Shown here: positions 1-8,022 of the stretch, one piece after another
Numbering within the stretch: the stretch's first letter is position 1
Layout of the letters: each line of letters opens with the position of its first letter
Source of the DNA: a virus
Lineage: Duplodnaviria; Caudoviricetes
Reading direction: 5' to 3' (one strand)
Length of the DNA: 31,599 nt
Virus record (IMG/VR): IMGVR_UViG_3300025835_000024
Span: 1 to 31,599 of that record
Position numbers and translations under genes: made by a program
The notes under the pieces: generated by a model
The model's database searches: none
What the model was told of the DNA's origin: nothing
Seen by the model: only the letters and a program-made list of their open reading frames with translations

Positions 1-1
1 C

Positions 2-2461
2 CCCGCCAAGGGCATCGCGGGGTTCGAGCCCGAACCGAAGCGGTGGTTGTGCGTCGACATCGACAAGCTGGTAATGCCCGAGGGGCAGGACCCGGGAACC
101 GACCCCGACGCCGTCGCTGCATGGGCTTGCACGCAGCTCCCCGCGTGGCTCCAGGACGTCACGTTTCACTACCAGTGGTCGGCGTCCGCTGGCGTCCCCA
201 ACTGGTACAAGTGCAAGATCCACCTGTGGTTCTGGATGGACCGTCCCATCGAGGATGTGGCCCTCCGCACTTGGGCGGAGACGACTGAGTACGTCGACCC
301 CGCGCTGTACGACGCCATCCAGATCCACTACACCGCAGACCCCAAGTTCCAGCCCGGCTCGCGTAACCCCCTCCCGCAGGGACGGTGCGGTCTGGTCCAG
401 GGCGCCGCCGACGTGGCTGTCGTCCCCGAAGACCTCAAGCTCTGGGCGCAGGACGAGCAGGCACGGAGGGCCGCACGCCGTGCTGCGCGCCCCCACCGCG
501 TGTGTGGCGTGGCTCCGGAGAACCTGACTGAGGCCCGCAACAGCAAGCTCCAGTCCAGCCTGTCGGAGTGGTCAAACGCCGAGCGCACGGCGTGGGTGCT
601 GAAGACCGTGTCGGACCTGACCGCGCGCCTGGAGGACTCCAACGACGGCGACCGGCACATGACTGCGCTGCGTGTGTCGGGGTCGCTGGCCAACATCGTG
701 TCCTGGGGCTGGATGACGGAGGAGACCGCGATGGAGGTCCTGAACCGCAGCCCCATCAGTGACATCCCCGACCGCGACGGGGAGCTGGAGCGCGTTCTGG
801 AGCACAGCATCCGGATGGCGGAGGAGAACCCGTGTGACCCTCCGACCAACGTGAAGTCGACGCTGCGCCTGGAGGACATCCAGGGCGCGGCCGCAGCCCC
901 GGAGACCTCGATCGCCTACGACCTGCCGGTCATCGTCATGGGCAACCAGCCCCTGGACGACATGGAGGCCGCAGCTGAAGCCCTGCGCATCCGGGGCCGG
1001 TACGAGAGCACGGGGCTGTTCCGCCGGGGCGAGGCGCTGGCAGCTCTGCGGGCCGACCGTGACGGGCAGAACGGCAAGCTGGTCCCCATCACGGTGGAGT
1101 ACATGCAGGGCGTCCTGGCGAAGTCGGCGACCTGGCAACGCTACGGCAAGGAACAGGAGCTGGTCGCGTCCAAGCCCAGCAAGGACGTTTCGAAGCTCGT
1201 GATGACGATGGGCGTGTGGGGCAACAGCGCCGCGCCGCCCGTGACGGGCATCACTCGGAGCCCCGTGCTGCGTTCCGACGGCAAGGTGCAGTGCTCCCCC
1301 GGCTTCGACGAGAGTACCCAGCTCATCTACCTGGGGGAGCCGTGGGACGTCGCCAGGGTGCCCGTGGCGGCCGCCGTGGCTCTGCTCCAGGACATGACCT
1401 GTGACGTGCTGTGGGACGACCCTGCGGGCTTCTCCGCCTTCCTGTCCCTCATCATGACGATGGTATCACGCAACGCCCTGGGTGCGATGGGGGCCGCGCC
1501 TGTCTTCGGTCTGTTCGCCCACAACCCTGGCGTGGGCAAGAGCCTCTTGGCAGACATCGCCACCATCATCGCCACGGGGGAGCGGCAGGAGCCCGTGGGT
1601 GTGGGCAACCCCGACACCATGAAGACCCTCCTGTTCTCGATGGCCATCGAGGGCGCCCCCACGGTCTTCTTCGACAACGTCCAGACCGGCTCGACCTTCG
1701 GCAACCCCGTGCTGGAGTCCCTGGTCACGCAGGGCACGGTCAAGGACCGACTGTACTTCACGCAGACGACGGCGTCGGTGCGGTGGGCCACCACCATCAT
1801 GGTCTCGGGGAACAACCTGTCCTTCGGCCCGGACATGCTGCGGCGCATCATCCCCATCGCGTTGCGCACCGAGGAGGGTGTCGAGCCCGACCAGCGCTGC
1901 GGCTTCAAGCGCGAGCGGCTGCTGGAGTGGGTTCATACCAACCGCAAGGGCCTCCTGGACGCCGTCCTGTCGATCCTGATGTCCTACGTCGAGGCAGGGC
2001 GGCCGAAGCCCCCTGGCAAGTACGGGTCGTTCGAAGCGTGGTACGACCTGGTCGCGGGCGCGTGCGTGTGGGCGGGGCTCCCCGATCCCACCAACACGCG
2101 CAAGGCCCTGAAGGCGGTGCGGTCCCCTGAGCAGGAGGCCCTGGAGTCCTACCTGGCCTGTACGCAGCGCGTCTTTGGCGTGCTGGTGCCGGGGGCATCC
2201 ACGACGGAGCGGGACGCAGTGACCTTCTCGGCATCCGACCTGACTGCCGGAGGGGGTGTGGGAAAGGAAACGACCTACTTCAACGCGATGCTCGACGCGC
2301 TGGCGCAGCTCGCCAACGTGGGCGCCCGTGACTTGGGGGCGCGCCAGGTGGCATTCGTCCTGGCGAAGTATCGTGGCGTGGAGTCGTCCGGGCTGAAGCT
2401 GACCGAGGTTTGCAAGCACCCCGTGAGCCGTCGGACCATGTGGGCGCTCGTCCAGGCGTAA
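2..2461 (+). CDS. Primase-polymerase (AEP-type) fused to SF3/D5-like helicase, 5'-truncated
   Basis: Frame is open from base 2 (PAKGIAGFEPEPKRWLCVDID). Prim-pol-like motifs WLCVDID, SASAG..KIHLWFW, YDAIQIHYTA; PriCT-like GDRHMTALRVSGSLA; helicase Walker A AHNPGVGKS, Walker B VFFDNV, motif C VSGNN, Arg finger DMLRR. Confidence 0.85.
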   Translation, partial: PAKGIAGFEPEPKRWLCVDIDKLVMPEGQDPGTDPDAVAAWACTQLPAWLQDVTFHYQWSASAGVPNWYKCKIHLWFWMDRPIEDVALRTWAETTEYVDPALYDAIQIHYTADPKFQPGSRNPLPQGRCGLVQGAADVAVVPEDLKLWAQDEQARRAARRAARPHRVCGVAPENLTEARNSKLQSSLSEWSNAERTAWVLKTVSDLTARLEDSNDGDRHMTALRVSGSLANIVSWGWMTEETAMEVLNRSPISDIPDRDGELERVLEHSIRMAEENPCDPPTNVKSTLRLEDIQGAAAAPETSIAYDLPVIVMGNQPLDDMEAAAEALRIRGRYESTGLFRRGEALAALRADRDGQNGKLVPITVEYMQGVLAKSATWQRYGKEQELVASKPSKDVSKLVMTMGVWGNSAAPPVTGITRSPVLRSDGKVQCSPGFDESTQLIYLGEPWDVARVPVAAAVALLQDMTCDVLWDDPAGFSAFLSLIMTMVSRNALGAMGAAPVFGLFAHNPGVGKSLLADIATIIATGERQEPVGVGNPDTMKTLLFSMAIEGAPTVFFDNVQTGSTFGNPVLESLVTQGTVKDRLYFTQTTASVRWATTIMVSGNNLSFGPDMLRRIIPIALRTEEGVEPDQRCGFKRERLLEWVHTNRKGLLDAVLSILMSYVEAGRPKPPGKYGSFEAWYDLVAGACVWAGLPDPTNTRKALKAVRSPEQEALESYLACTQRVFGVLVPGASTTERDAVTFSASDLTAGGGVGKETTYFNAMLDALAQLANVGARDLGARQVAFVLAKYRGVESSGLKLTEVCKHPVSRRTMWALVQA

Positions 2462-2476
2462 CTTTCAGGGTCGGTT

Positions 2477-2513
2477 GAGCCCCCCGCTGAGGTTTTAGGC
2501 CTCCGGGGGGCTC
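2477..2513. terminator. GC-rich stem-loop after primase gene, possible terminator
   Basis: GAGCCCCCCG(2477-2486)...CGGGGGGCTC(2504-2513) with inner GAGG/CCTC pairing, 15 bp after the stop; only a short TT follows, so no strong U-tract. Confidence 0.5.
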
Positions 2514-2522
2514 TTGCGTGGA

Positions 2523-2880
2523 GGCAACCACCCATCGCGGGGGTCGCCCGAAGGGTCTCCGAAGGGTCTCCGAAGGGTCTCCGAAGGGTCTCTTGAGCGA
2601 CGGACGCCCGCTGTCAGGGGCTCCAGAAGCATCCGAACCGTCTGAAGGGTCTTAAACCTATAAGCATGAAGTGACTTGGGAGGGACAATTTTATTTTATT
2701 TTATTTTATTTTATTTTGTGGGGGCGCCATAGTCATATATGGCCTCTCCGGAAAAGACCCTTCAGACGGTTCGGATGCTTCTGGAGCCCCTGACAGTGGG
2801 CGTCCGTCGCTCGAGAGACCCTTCGGAGACCCTTCGGAGACCCTTCGGAGATGCTTCGGACGCCCCCGCGATGGGTTGCC
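2523..2880. repeat. ~127-bp near-perfect inverted repeat (2523-2653 / 2754-2880) carrying 11-bp tandem iterons CCGAAGGGTCT; candidate replication origin
   Basis: Left arm has 4 perfect copies (2548-2591); right arm has 3 perfect inverted copies AGACCCTTCGG (2816-2848) plus one degenerate (2849-2859); the arms enclose a 100-bp AT-rich spacer; lies directly downstream of the primase-helicase. Confidence 0.9.
2688..2717. repeat. (ATTTT)6 microsatellite, likely DNA-unwinding/bent element
   Basis: Six exact ATTTT units, 30 bp of pure A/T in a very GC-rich genome, inside the spacer of the inverted repeat. Confidence 0.95.
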
Positions 2881-2881
2881 C

Positions 2882-2910
2882 TTGACCCCGGGCGCCCCGT
2901 GCCTTATAGT
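2882..2910 (+). promoter_or_regulatory. sigma70-type promoter for the packaging operon
   Basis: TTGACC-N17-TATAGT, abutting the right arm of the inverted repeat; GGAG at 2941 and ATG at 2954. Confidence 0.75.
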
Positions 2911-2953
2911 TACAGCCACGGCACCGACGCCGTGACAGCCGGAGTTCCAGCCC

Positions 2954-3373
2954 ATGGACACTGTACGCGAAGCCTGCGCCCTGTTCTACCGGTGGGAGGC
3001 TCCCACGTTGACCGATCGGCACCGGGACGAGTTCGTCGACGCCGTGAACAGCACGTGGGACATGTTGGACGCGGTCGACGGCGCCATCGACGCCACGCGG
3101 TGGGCGCACCAGCTCGACGTGACGCACAGCGTCCCACAGCCCTCGGGCCGTCGTACGCCCCAGGACGCCTGGGCGGTGGTCGTGGAGCACCTGGTCGAGC
3201 GTTGGCATGACGCCCGCGTCAAGACATGCGCCCAGGAGGCTCAGGACGCCCCCACGTTGGACGCGAAGCTCCAAGCACAACACCGGGCCGTCCACGTGGC
3301 ACAAGCGCGTCTGGAGGCCTCCCAGGCCCGCCTAACGTCCGCCCTTGATCGGTACGCCCGAATCTTCGACTGA
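2954..3373 (+). CDS. Hypothetical protein (139 aa, helical C-terminus)
   Basis: ATG with upstream GGAG, GC3-rich codons, fills the gap between promoter and terS. Confidence 0.75.
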   Translation: MDTVREACALFYRWEAPTLTDRHRDEFVDAVNSTWDMLDAVDGAIDATRWAHQLDVTHSVPQPSGRRTPQDAWAVVVEHLVERWHDARVKTCAQEAQDAPTLDAKLQAQHRAVHVAQARLEASQARLTSALDRYARIFD

Positions 3374-3384
3374 GGAGACCTCCC

Positions 3385-3804
3385 ATGGCCCGTCCCCCCG
3401 TACGCTACCTGTTGGACCCTGACGACTCCAGGGTACTCGAAGCCCTGGCGCCGCTGAACGAACGGCAGCGAGAGTTCACCCTGCTCGTCTGCCAGGGGGA
3501 GTCCTACGCCGAGGCATACTCCACGGCCTACGGCTCCGACCGCAGCCGGACGGCTGGGGCGGCCTCGCGCCTGGCCAACAAACCCCACGTTGCCGAGGCC
3601 CGGCGAGTCATCCGCGAGATCGGCGAGACGGCCGCCCGTGCAGCCGCACTGATGAGCGCCTTTGAGCGGCGGGAGCTGTGCGCCCGCGTGGCGCGCGACG
3701 ACGACGCCGAGGACGACACGCGCCTACGTGCGGTCAAGTTGGACAAAGAGCTTGATAATACGGACGGTGATAACGGCTTTATCACTATCGAGGTCGTGAT
3801 TTGA
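3385..3804 (+). CDS. terS: Terminase small subunit
   Basis: LNERQREF...GESYAEAYSTAYG...AASRLANKPHV is the typical TerS N-terminal HTH pattern; GAGGAG RBS; directly upstream of TerL. Confidence 0.85.
   Translation: MARPPVRYLLDPDDSRVLEALAPLNERQREFTLLVCQGESYAEAYSTAYGSDRSRTAGAASRLANKPHVAEARRVIREIGETAARAAALMSAFERRELCARVARDDDAEDDTRLRAVKLDKELDNTDGDNGFITIEVVI
3767..3785. promoter_or_regulatory. Palindrome GTGATAA-N5-TTATCAC, possible operator/enhancer or packaging signal
   Basis: Perfect 7-bp inverted repeat within an AT-richer patch at the 3' end of terS. Confidence 0.35.
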
Positions 3805-3809
3805 CCTCG

Positions 3810-5117
3810 ATGCGGTTCAAAGTGGCACGGTCCTTGCCGGCCCAGACAGCCTTCTGGACCGACGCGGCGAAGAACCGCGCTTACGTCGGGGGCATCGGGG
3901 CGGGCAAGACCTACGCCGGCGCCATCGAGATCTTGCGCATGCCCCCTCAGTCGCGTGGTATGGTTATTGCGCCGACGTACCCCATGCTCAAGGACGCCAG
4001 CCAGCGCACGTTTTTCGACGTCGCCAGCGACGCAGTCAAGCAGCACAACAAGCAAGAGCAGTACACGATCCTGCGTAACGGCACGACGGTCCTGTGGCGC
4101 AGCGCCGACAACCCCATCCGGTTGCGCGGCCCGAACCTGGGGTGGATCTGGGGGGACGAGTGGGCCTACGCCAGCGACGAGGCCCACAAGGTCGCCCTGG
4201 GCCGTCTGCGCCTGGCGCCGGGGCGCCTGTGGGCCACGACGACCCCCGCTGGCATGAACTGGTTCTACAAGCGCGTGACGGCCCCGAGGTCCAACTTCGG
4301 CCTGCACTTCAGCGCGACGGCCGATAACACGCACCTCCTGCCCGACTACGTCACAAGCCTCCAGGACTACTACGCCGACGACCCCGAGTTCGCGGCGCAG
4401 GAACTGGCAGGCACCTTCGTCGACCTGGCGAACAGCCGGCGGTTCCCCGGCCTCCTTGTCGCGGCCCTCACACGCGAGGGGCCAGGCCTGCGTGACGAGC
4501 TGACCACGGTCTTTGAGGCCGCGCACTTCGGCGGCCGCTACGTCATCGGGGCGGACCCGGCCGAGGGCATTCGGGGCGGCGACGACAGCGCGGCCGCCGT
4601 GATCGACGTGGACACACGCAACGTCGTGGCCTACCTGGCTGCGGAGCTGGAGCCCGTGGACGCTTTCCCAATGGCGCTGGCAGCGTTGTCGCGGAGGTAT
4701 AACAACGCCCCAGTCATGGTGGAGCAGAACGCGATGGGCCGCACTGTGATCAAGCGTCTGGCCGTGCATGGCCCCGAGGTCCCGCGCCTGAGCGGCCCCG
4801 GCGAGGGCCCGGGGTGGCTTCAGACGCCCACGACCAAGGCGCAGATGTGGGCCACGGCCTACCGGTCCCTGGTGTCCAGCAAGCAGCTCGGGCGACAGCC
4901 CCTGCGCGGGGAGCTCCTGGTCAACCAGATCCGGAGCGTCGAGCGCACCACCCTCGCTGGCGAAGGCAAGGGCAAGCGCACCAAGGTTGACGACCTGGCC
5001 GTGGCCTGGGCGTTGGCTGAGTGTGGAGCTACGGCCCTGGAGGGTGGTAGCTTCGTCGCGCTGGACTCGCACCTGGCCGTGAGGGTTCACCCGGTTATGG
5101 ACCTTGACGGCTGGTAG
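3810..5117 (+). CDS. terL: Terminase large subunit (alternative start TTG 3801)
   Basis: Walker A GGIGAGKT, IAPTY, LRGPNLGWIWGDE (Walker B), TTTP (motif III), nuclease motifs IGADPAEG..DDSA, VEQN, DDLAVAWALA. Confidence 0.96.
   Translation: MRFKVARSLPAQTAFWTDAAKNRAYVGGIGAGKTYAGAIEILRMPPQSRGMVIAPTYPMLKDASQRTFFDVASDAVKQHNKQEQYTILRNGTTVLWRSADNPIRLRGPNLGWIWGDEWAYASDEAHKVALGRLRLAPGRLWATTTPAGMNWFYKRVTAPRSNFGLHFSATADNTHLLPDYVTSLQDYYADDPEFAAQELAGTFVDLANSRRFPGLLVAALTREGPGLRDELTTVFEAAHFGGRYVIGADPAEGIRGGDDSAAAVIDVDTRNVVAYLAAELEPVDAFPMALAALSRRYNNAPVMVEQNAMGRTVIKRLAVHGPEVPRLSGPGEGPGWLQTPTTKAQMWATAYRSLVSSKQLGRQPLRGELLVNQIRSVERTTLAGEGKGKRTKVDDLAVAWALAECGATALEGGSFVALDSHLAVRVHPVMDLDGW
3823..3838 (+). promoter_or_regulatory. 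sigma54-like -24/-12 motif inside the 5' end of terL
   Basis: TGGCACGGTCCTTGCC matches TGGCACG-N4-TTGC; its intragenic position makes function uncertain. Confidence 0.4.
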
Positions 5118-5147
5118 CTAGTGCACTACTTTGGCATGGACGCTGCA
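5104..5147 (+). promoter_or_regulatory. Tandem sigma70-like (5104-5132) and sigma54-like (5132-5147) motifs upstream of portal
   Basis: TTGACG-N17-TACTTT followed by TGGCATGGACGCTGCA (TGGCAT-N5-CTGCA); ATG at 5181. Confidence 0.55.
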
Positions 5148-5180
5148 AGCGCAGCACAACCCATACCAAGGCACTAAACC

Positions 5181-6767
5181 ATGGAAACTGTGCTAACGCC
5201 GGACGTCGACGTCAAATTGACCGTGGCCGACATCAACACGGGCGAGTACACGGTCAACTGGCTCAAGCCCATCGGCACCACCGGCATGCCGTGGTCCGGA
5301 GGTCAGCTGTTCCTGGAGCGCAACCCCAAGTACTATCCGATCGCGGCTCGTGGCCAGGGGGCGCCTGGAGTCTTCTGGGACCTCCAGTACCTCCCCCAGG
5401 TGCAGACGGCACTGCGGCGGCCCCTCCGGGCGATCCTGTCGTTGCCCTATCGCATCGAGCCGGCGGAGCCCCCGGATTGGGCCAGTGACGAGGACTACGC
5501 GGCCGCTGAGCGCCACTGGGGGCTCTGCCAGCGGGTCTTCCACAGCCTCACCTCCGACCGCATGGCCTTCACCAAGATGCTCCGGGAGATCTTTACCACC
5601 GCAGCGGTGGGGGGGAGTTACCTCGGCGAGCTCGTCTGTGACGAGAGGGTCTACGACTTCGAGGGGCCGGAGTACCGGTACTGGATCCCACGGCACCCCG
5701 AGCTGCGCGCACCCTGGACCGTCAGGCACTGGCTCACGCAGGGCGAGCGACCCGTCGGCGTAGTGCTTGACAGCGCCCGCGCCCGCGACTACTCCGGCGG
5801 GGGTGGCCCGAGCTGCGCCGTGATCCCGTGGCGCAAGCTCATCCACGTGGCCAACGAGTACACCGGTAGCAACCTGGAGGGCGTGTCGTGGCTGCGGCCC
5901 GTCGCCAACCTGATCAAGATGATCCAGCAGGCCTACATCACTCTCGGCCTGGCCAACGAGATCAACGGGATCGGCGAGCTGTGGTTCACACTTCCGGAGG
6001 GCATGAACGCCGCAGACCCCGTCGCCGAGCGGCTGATGCAACATATCCGGCTCCGCAAGTCCGGCCAGTCCTCGGGGGGTGTGGCACCCTACGGCACGGC
6101 CATCCAGGCCATCTCGCCGCAGGCGACCATGCCCAACATGGAGCCGTCTCTGACCGCCCTCGAGAAGGGCATCCTGATGGGGATGGACTCGATCGACACC
6201 ACCATCGCGACGGACGGTGTGGGGTCGTATGCTGCCAAGGTCGAGGGCGGGGCCGAGCAGCGCGACGGGCTGGATTACATCGCCCAGGAGTTCGCGGCCT
6301 TCCCGGTCGAGCAGATCTTGCGCAAGGCGATCGAGATCAACTACCCCGGGGACGTCGCGGCCGGCCGCGTCTTCTGCCCCACGGTCCAGTGGGGCGTCGT
6401 CGAGGAGCGGGACAACGACACCTACATCAACACCCTGGTCGCGGCGTACCAGGGCGGTCTCCTGACCGAGGCCGACATAGCCAAGGCGCGCCCGGTGATC
6501 CGGGAGCTGTTAGACCTCCCCGAGCCCAACAGCGAGGGCGAGGCGGGGGCTGGAGCCGACGCGGTGGGGGACGACGACGACCTCCGGAGCGGGCAGTTCC
6601 AGGACACGGGCAGCGTGGCCCGTATCTTCGGGGTCCGGGCGAGCACCATCAACAACTGGCGCGCCCGGGGGCTGGTCGACGGCCGCAAGATCGGGGGACG
6701 CTGGCGCATCGACGTTGCCAGTGTCCGGCGGTTGTTGACGCCGGCCGAGGCCTCGTTGGAAAAATAA
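5181..6767 (+). CDS. Portal protein (Mu gp29/DUF935-like) with C-terminal excisionase/MerR-like HTH
   Basis: Follows TerL, 528 aa; IPWRKLIHV...NLEGVSWLRPV, GSYAA and IRELLDLPEP are DUF935-like portal patterns; tail TGSVARIFGVRASTINNWRARGLVDGRKIGGRWRI is an HTH_17-like motif. Confidence 0.88.
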   Translation: METVLTPDVDVKLTVADINTGEYTVNWLKPIGTTGMPWSGGQLFLERNPKYYPIAARGQGAPGVFWDLQYLPQVQTALRRPLRAILSLPYRIEPAEPPDWASDEDYAAAERHWGLCQRVFHSLTSDRMAFTKMLREIFTTAAVGGSYLGELVCDERVYDFEGPEYRYWIPRHPELRAPWTVRHWLTQGERPVGVVLDSARARDYSGGGGPSCAVIPWRKLIHVANEYTGSNLEGVSWLRPVANLIKMIQQAYITLGLANEINGIGELWFTLPEGMNAADPVAERLMQHIRLRKSGQSSGGVAPYGTAIQAISPQATMPNMEPSLTALEKGILMGMDSIDTTIATDGVGSYAAKVEGGAEQRDGLDYIAQEFAAFPVEQILRKAIEINYPGDVAAGRVFCPTVQWGVVEERDNDTYINTLVAAYQGGLLTEADIAKARPVIRELLDLPEPNSEGEAGAGADAVGDDDDLRSGQFQDTGSVARIFGVRASTINNWRARGLVDGRKIGGRWRIDVASVRRLLTPAEASLEK

Positions 6768-6779
6768 GCACCGAGGGGC

Positions 6780-6838
6780 TTGCAGTTGGCACAGAGTGTG
6801 AGTAACTTGAGCCCGTGGCGTATGGCACGCTGTTTGCT
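6780..6838 (+). promoter_or_regulatory. sigma70-like promoter (6780-6808) and consensus sigma54-like motif (6823-6838) upstream of protease/capsid genes
   Basis: TTGCAG-N17-TAACTT (spacer begins TTGGCAC); TGGCACGCTGTTTGCT is an exact match to TGGCACG-N4-TTGCW; intergenic. Confidence 0.6.
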
Positions 6839-6847
6839 TGAGGCACC

Positions 6848-7957
6848 ATGCTCAGTATCTACCCCATCCAAGACTCCCGCCCGTCCAACTGGCTTCGGCT
6901 CGTCCGAGGCCCACGCTTCGTAGCGCCCGACGGCACGCCCGTCCAGGCGGACAAGGCCTGGATGGATAAGCGGGTCGCGGAGTACCGCCGGTTGACGTCG
7001 GCTGGCTACGTCGTGCCCGTGATCACGGGGCACGATGCCGCGTTGACGGACCAGCGCGCTCTCGGCGACGTGCTAGACATGACCGTGGCCGAGGTGGATG
7101 GGGAACTGGAACTCGTCGTGGCCGTCGCCTGGAACGACGAGACGGTTCCAGCGGACATCGCGTCGCGCAAGATCAAGTATGTCAGTCCGAGCTTTAGCTC
7201 TTACACGGATGAGCGGGGGGAGTCCTACGTCCTCGTGCTCTCCGAGGTCTCTATCACGGCCCGTCCCCACCGCAAAGGCGCGGCCACCCACATCCTCATG
7301 TCGGAGGCAGTTATGCCTGATTCTATCGTCGTGCCGGACCCCGCGTCGGCCCCTGCGCTCCCCTCGACGGAGGAGCGTATCGTCTCACTGGAGGCCGCGA
7401 TCACGGATCTCACTGAGGGCTTCGCAGGCCTCCAGACCATGCTCCAGGATCTGGTCGAAGCCAAGACCGACCCCGAGGAGCCGGCCGAGACCCCCCCGGC
7501 TAACTCGCCGCCGGCCGAGGCGACCGCAGCCCCACCCACGGCCGGAGAGATCAAGATGGCTGAGGCCAACGCCAAGCTCAACCTCCAGCTCCAGGAGGCC
7601 GAGCGGAACCTGGCCGTCGCCAAGCGCGCGGAGCGCCGGGCGTCCTTCGACCTGCGGTACCCCGTGGGTGCCGTGATTGAGATGACAGAGGCTTCGCGCG
7701 ACCTTTTCTTCACTCTGGCCGAGGCCAGCCCCGAGGCCATCAACGCCCTGACCATCCAGGCGGTCAAGCCCGGAGCGGAGGGCCAGCCCGCCGGCCCTCC
7801 GCACCGTAGCTCCGTGCCGTGGGGGATCGCCATGGGCGAGAGCGCCCACACCCCCACGCCGGCCATTGAGAGCGACGGCGAGCTCCTGACCCGGCTCCGG
7901 AAGGAAACCGGGTCCGCCGGCGCGGCCCTCGAGCAGTTCAAGCGTCTCCGGGGTTAA
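6848..7957 (+). CDS. Prohead protease/scaffold (Mu gpI-like)
   Basis: PVITGH, IKYVSPSF, LSEVSITARPH protease-type motifs; C-terminal Pro/Ala linker and coiled coil; sits between portal and capsid. Confidence 0.85.
   Translation: MLSIYPIQDSRPSNWLRLVRGPRFVAPDGTPVQADKAWMDKRVAEYRRLTSAGYVVPVITGHDAALTDQRALGDVLDMTVAEVDGELELVVAVAWNDETVPADIASRKIKYVSPSFSSYTDERGESYVLVLSEVSITARPHRKGAATHILMSEAVMPDSIVVPDPASAPALPSTEERIVSLEAAITDLTEGFAGLQTMLQDLVEAKTDPEEPAETPPANSPPAEATAAPPTAGEIKMAEANAKLNLQLQEAERNLAVAKRAERRASFDLRYPVGAVIEMTEASRDLFFTLAEASPEAINALTIQAVKPGAEGQPAGPPHRSSVPWGIAMGESAHTPTPAIESDGELLTRLRKETGSAGAALEQFKRLRG
7313..7957 (+). CDS. Nested in-frame scaffolding protein (internal start)
   Basis: GGAGG (7303-7307) 5 nt before in-frame ATG 7313, right after the protease domain, as in Mu I/Z and lambda C/Nu3. 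Confidence 0.6.
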   Translation: MPDSIVVPDPASAPALPSTEERIVSLEAAITDLTEGFAGLQTMLQDLVEAKTDPEEPAETPPANSPPAEATAAPPTAGEIKMAEANAKLNLQLQEAERNLAVAKRAERRASFDLRYPVGAVIEMTEASRDLFFTLAEASPEAINALTIQAVKPGAEGQPAGPPHRSSVPWGIAMGESAHTPTPAIESDGELLTRLRKETGSAGAALEQFKRLRG

Positions 7958-8022
7958 CCCCGTGGCGGTGTTGATTTAGATCCCATACCCGGCCCTTTGG
8001 CCCCCCGATAGAGGCAAACACC

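Noticed and set aside
2548-2859. 11-bp tandem repeats as a CRISPR array or MITE/IS ends
   Set aside because: No spacers, units too short, no cas or transposase gene, no target-site duplication seen; iteron/origin fits better
6591-6767. A stand-alone excisionase implying a prophage
   Set aside because: No separate start/RBS, in frame with the portal, and no integrase or att-like site seen
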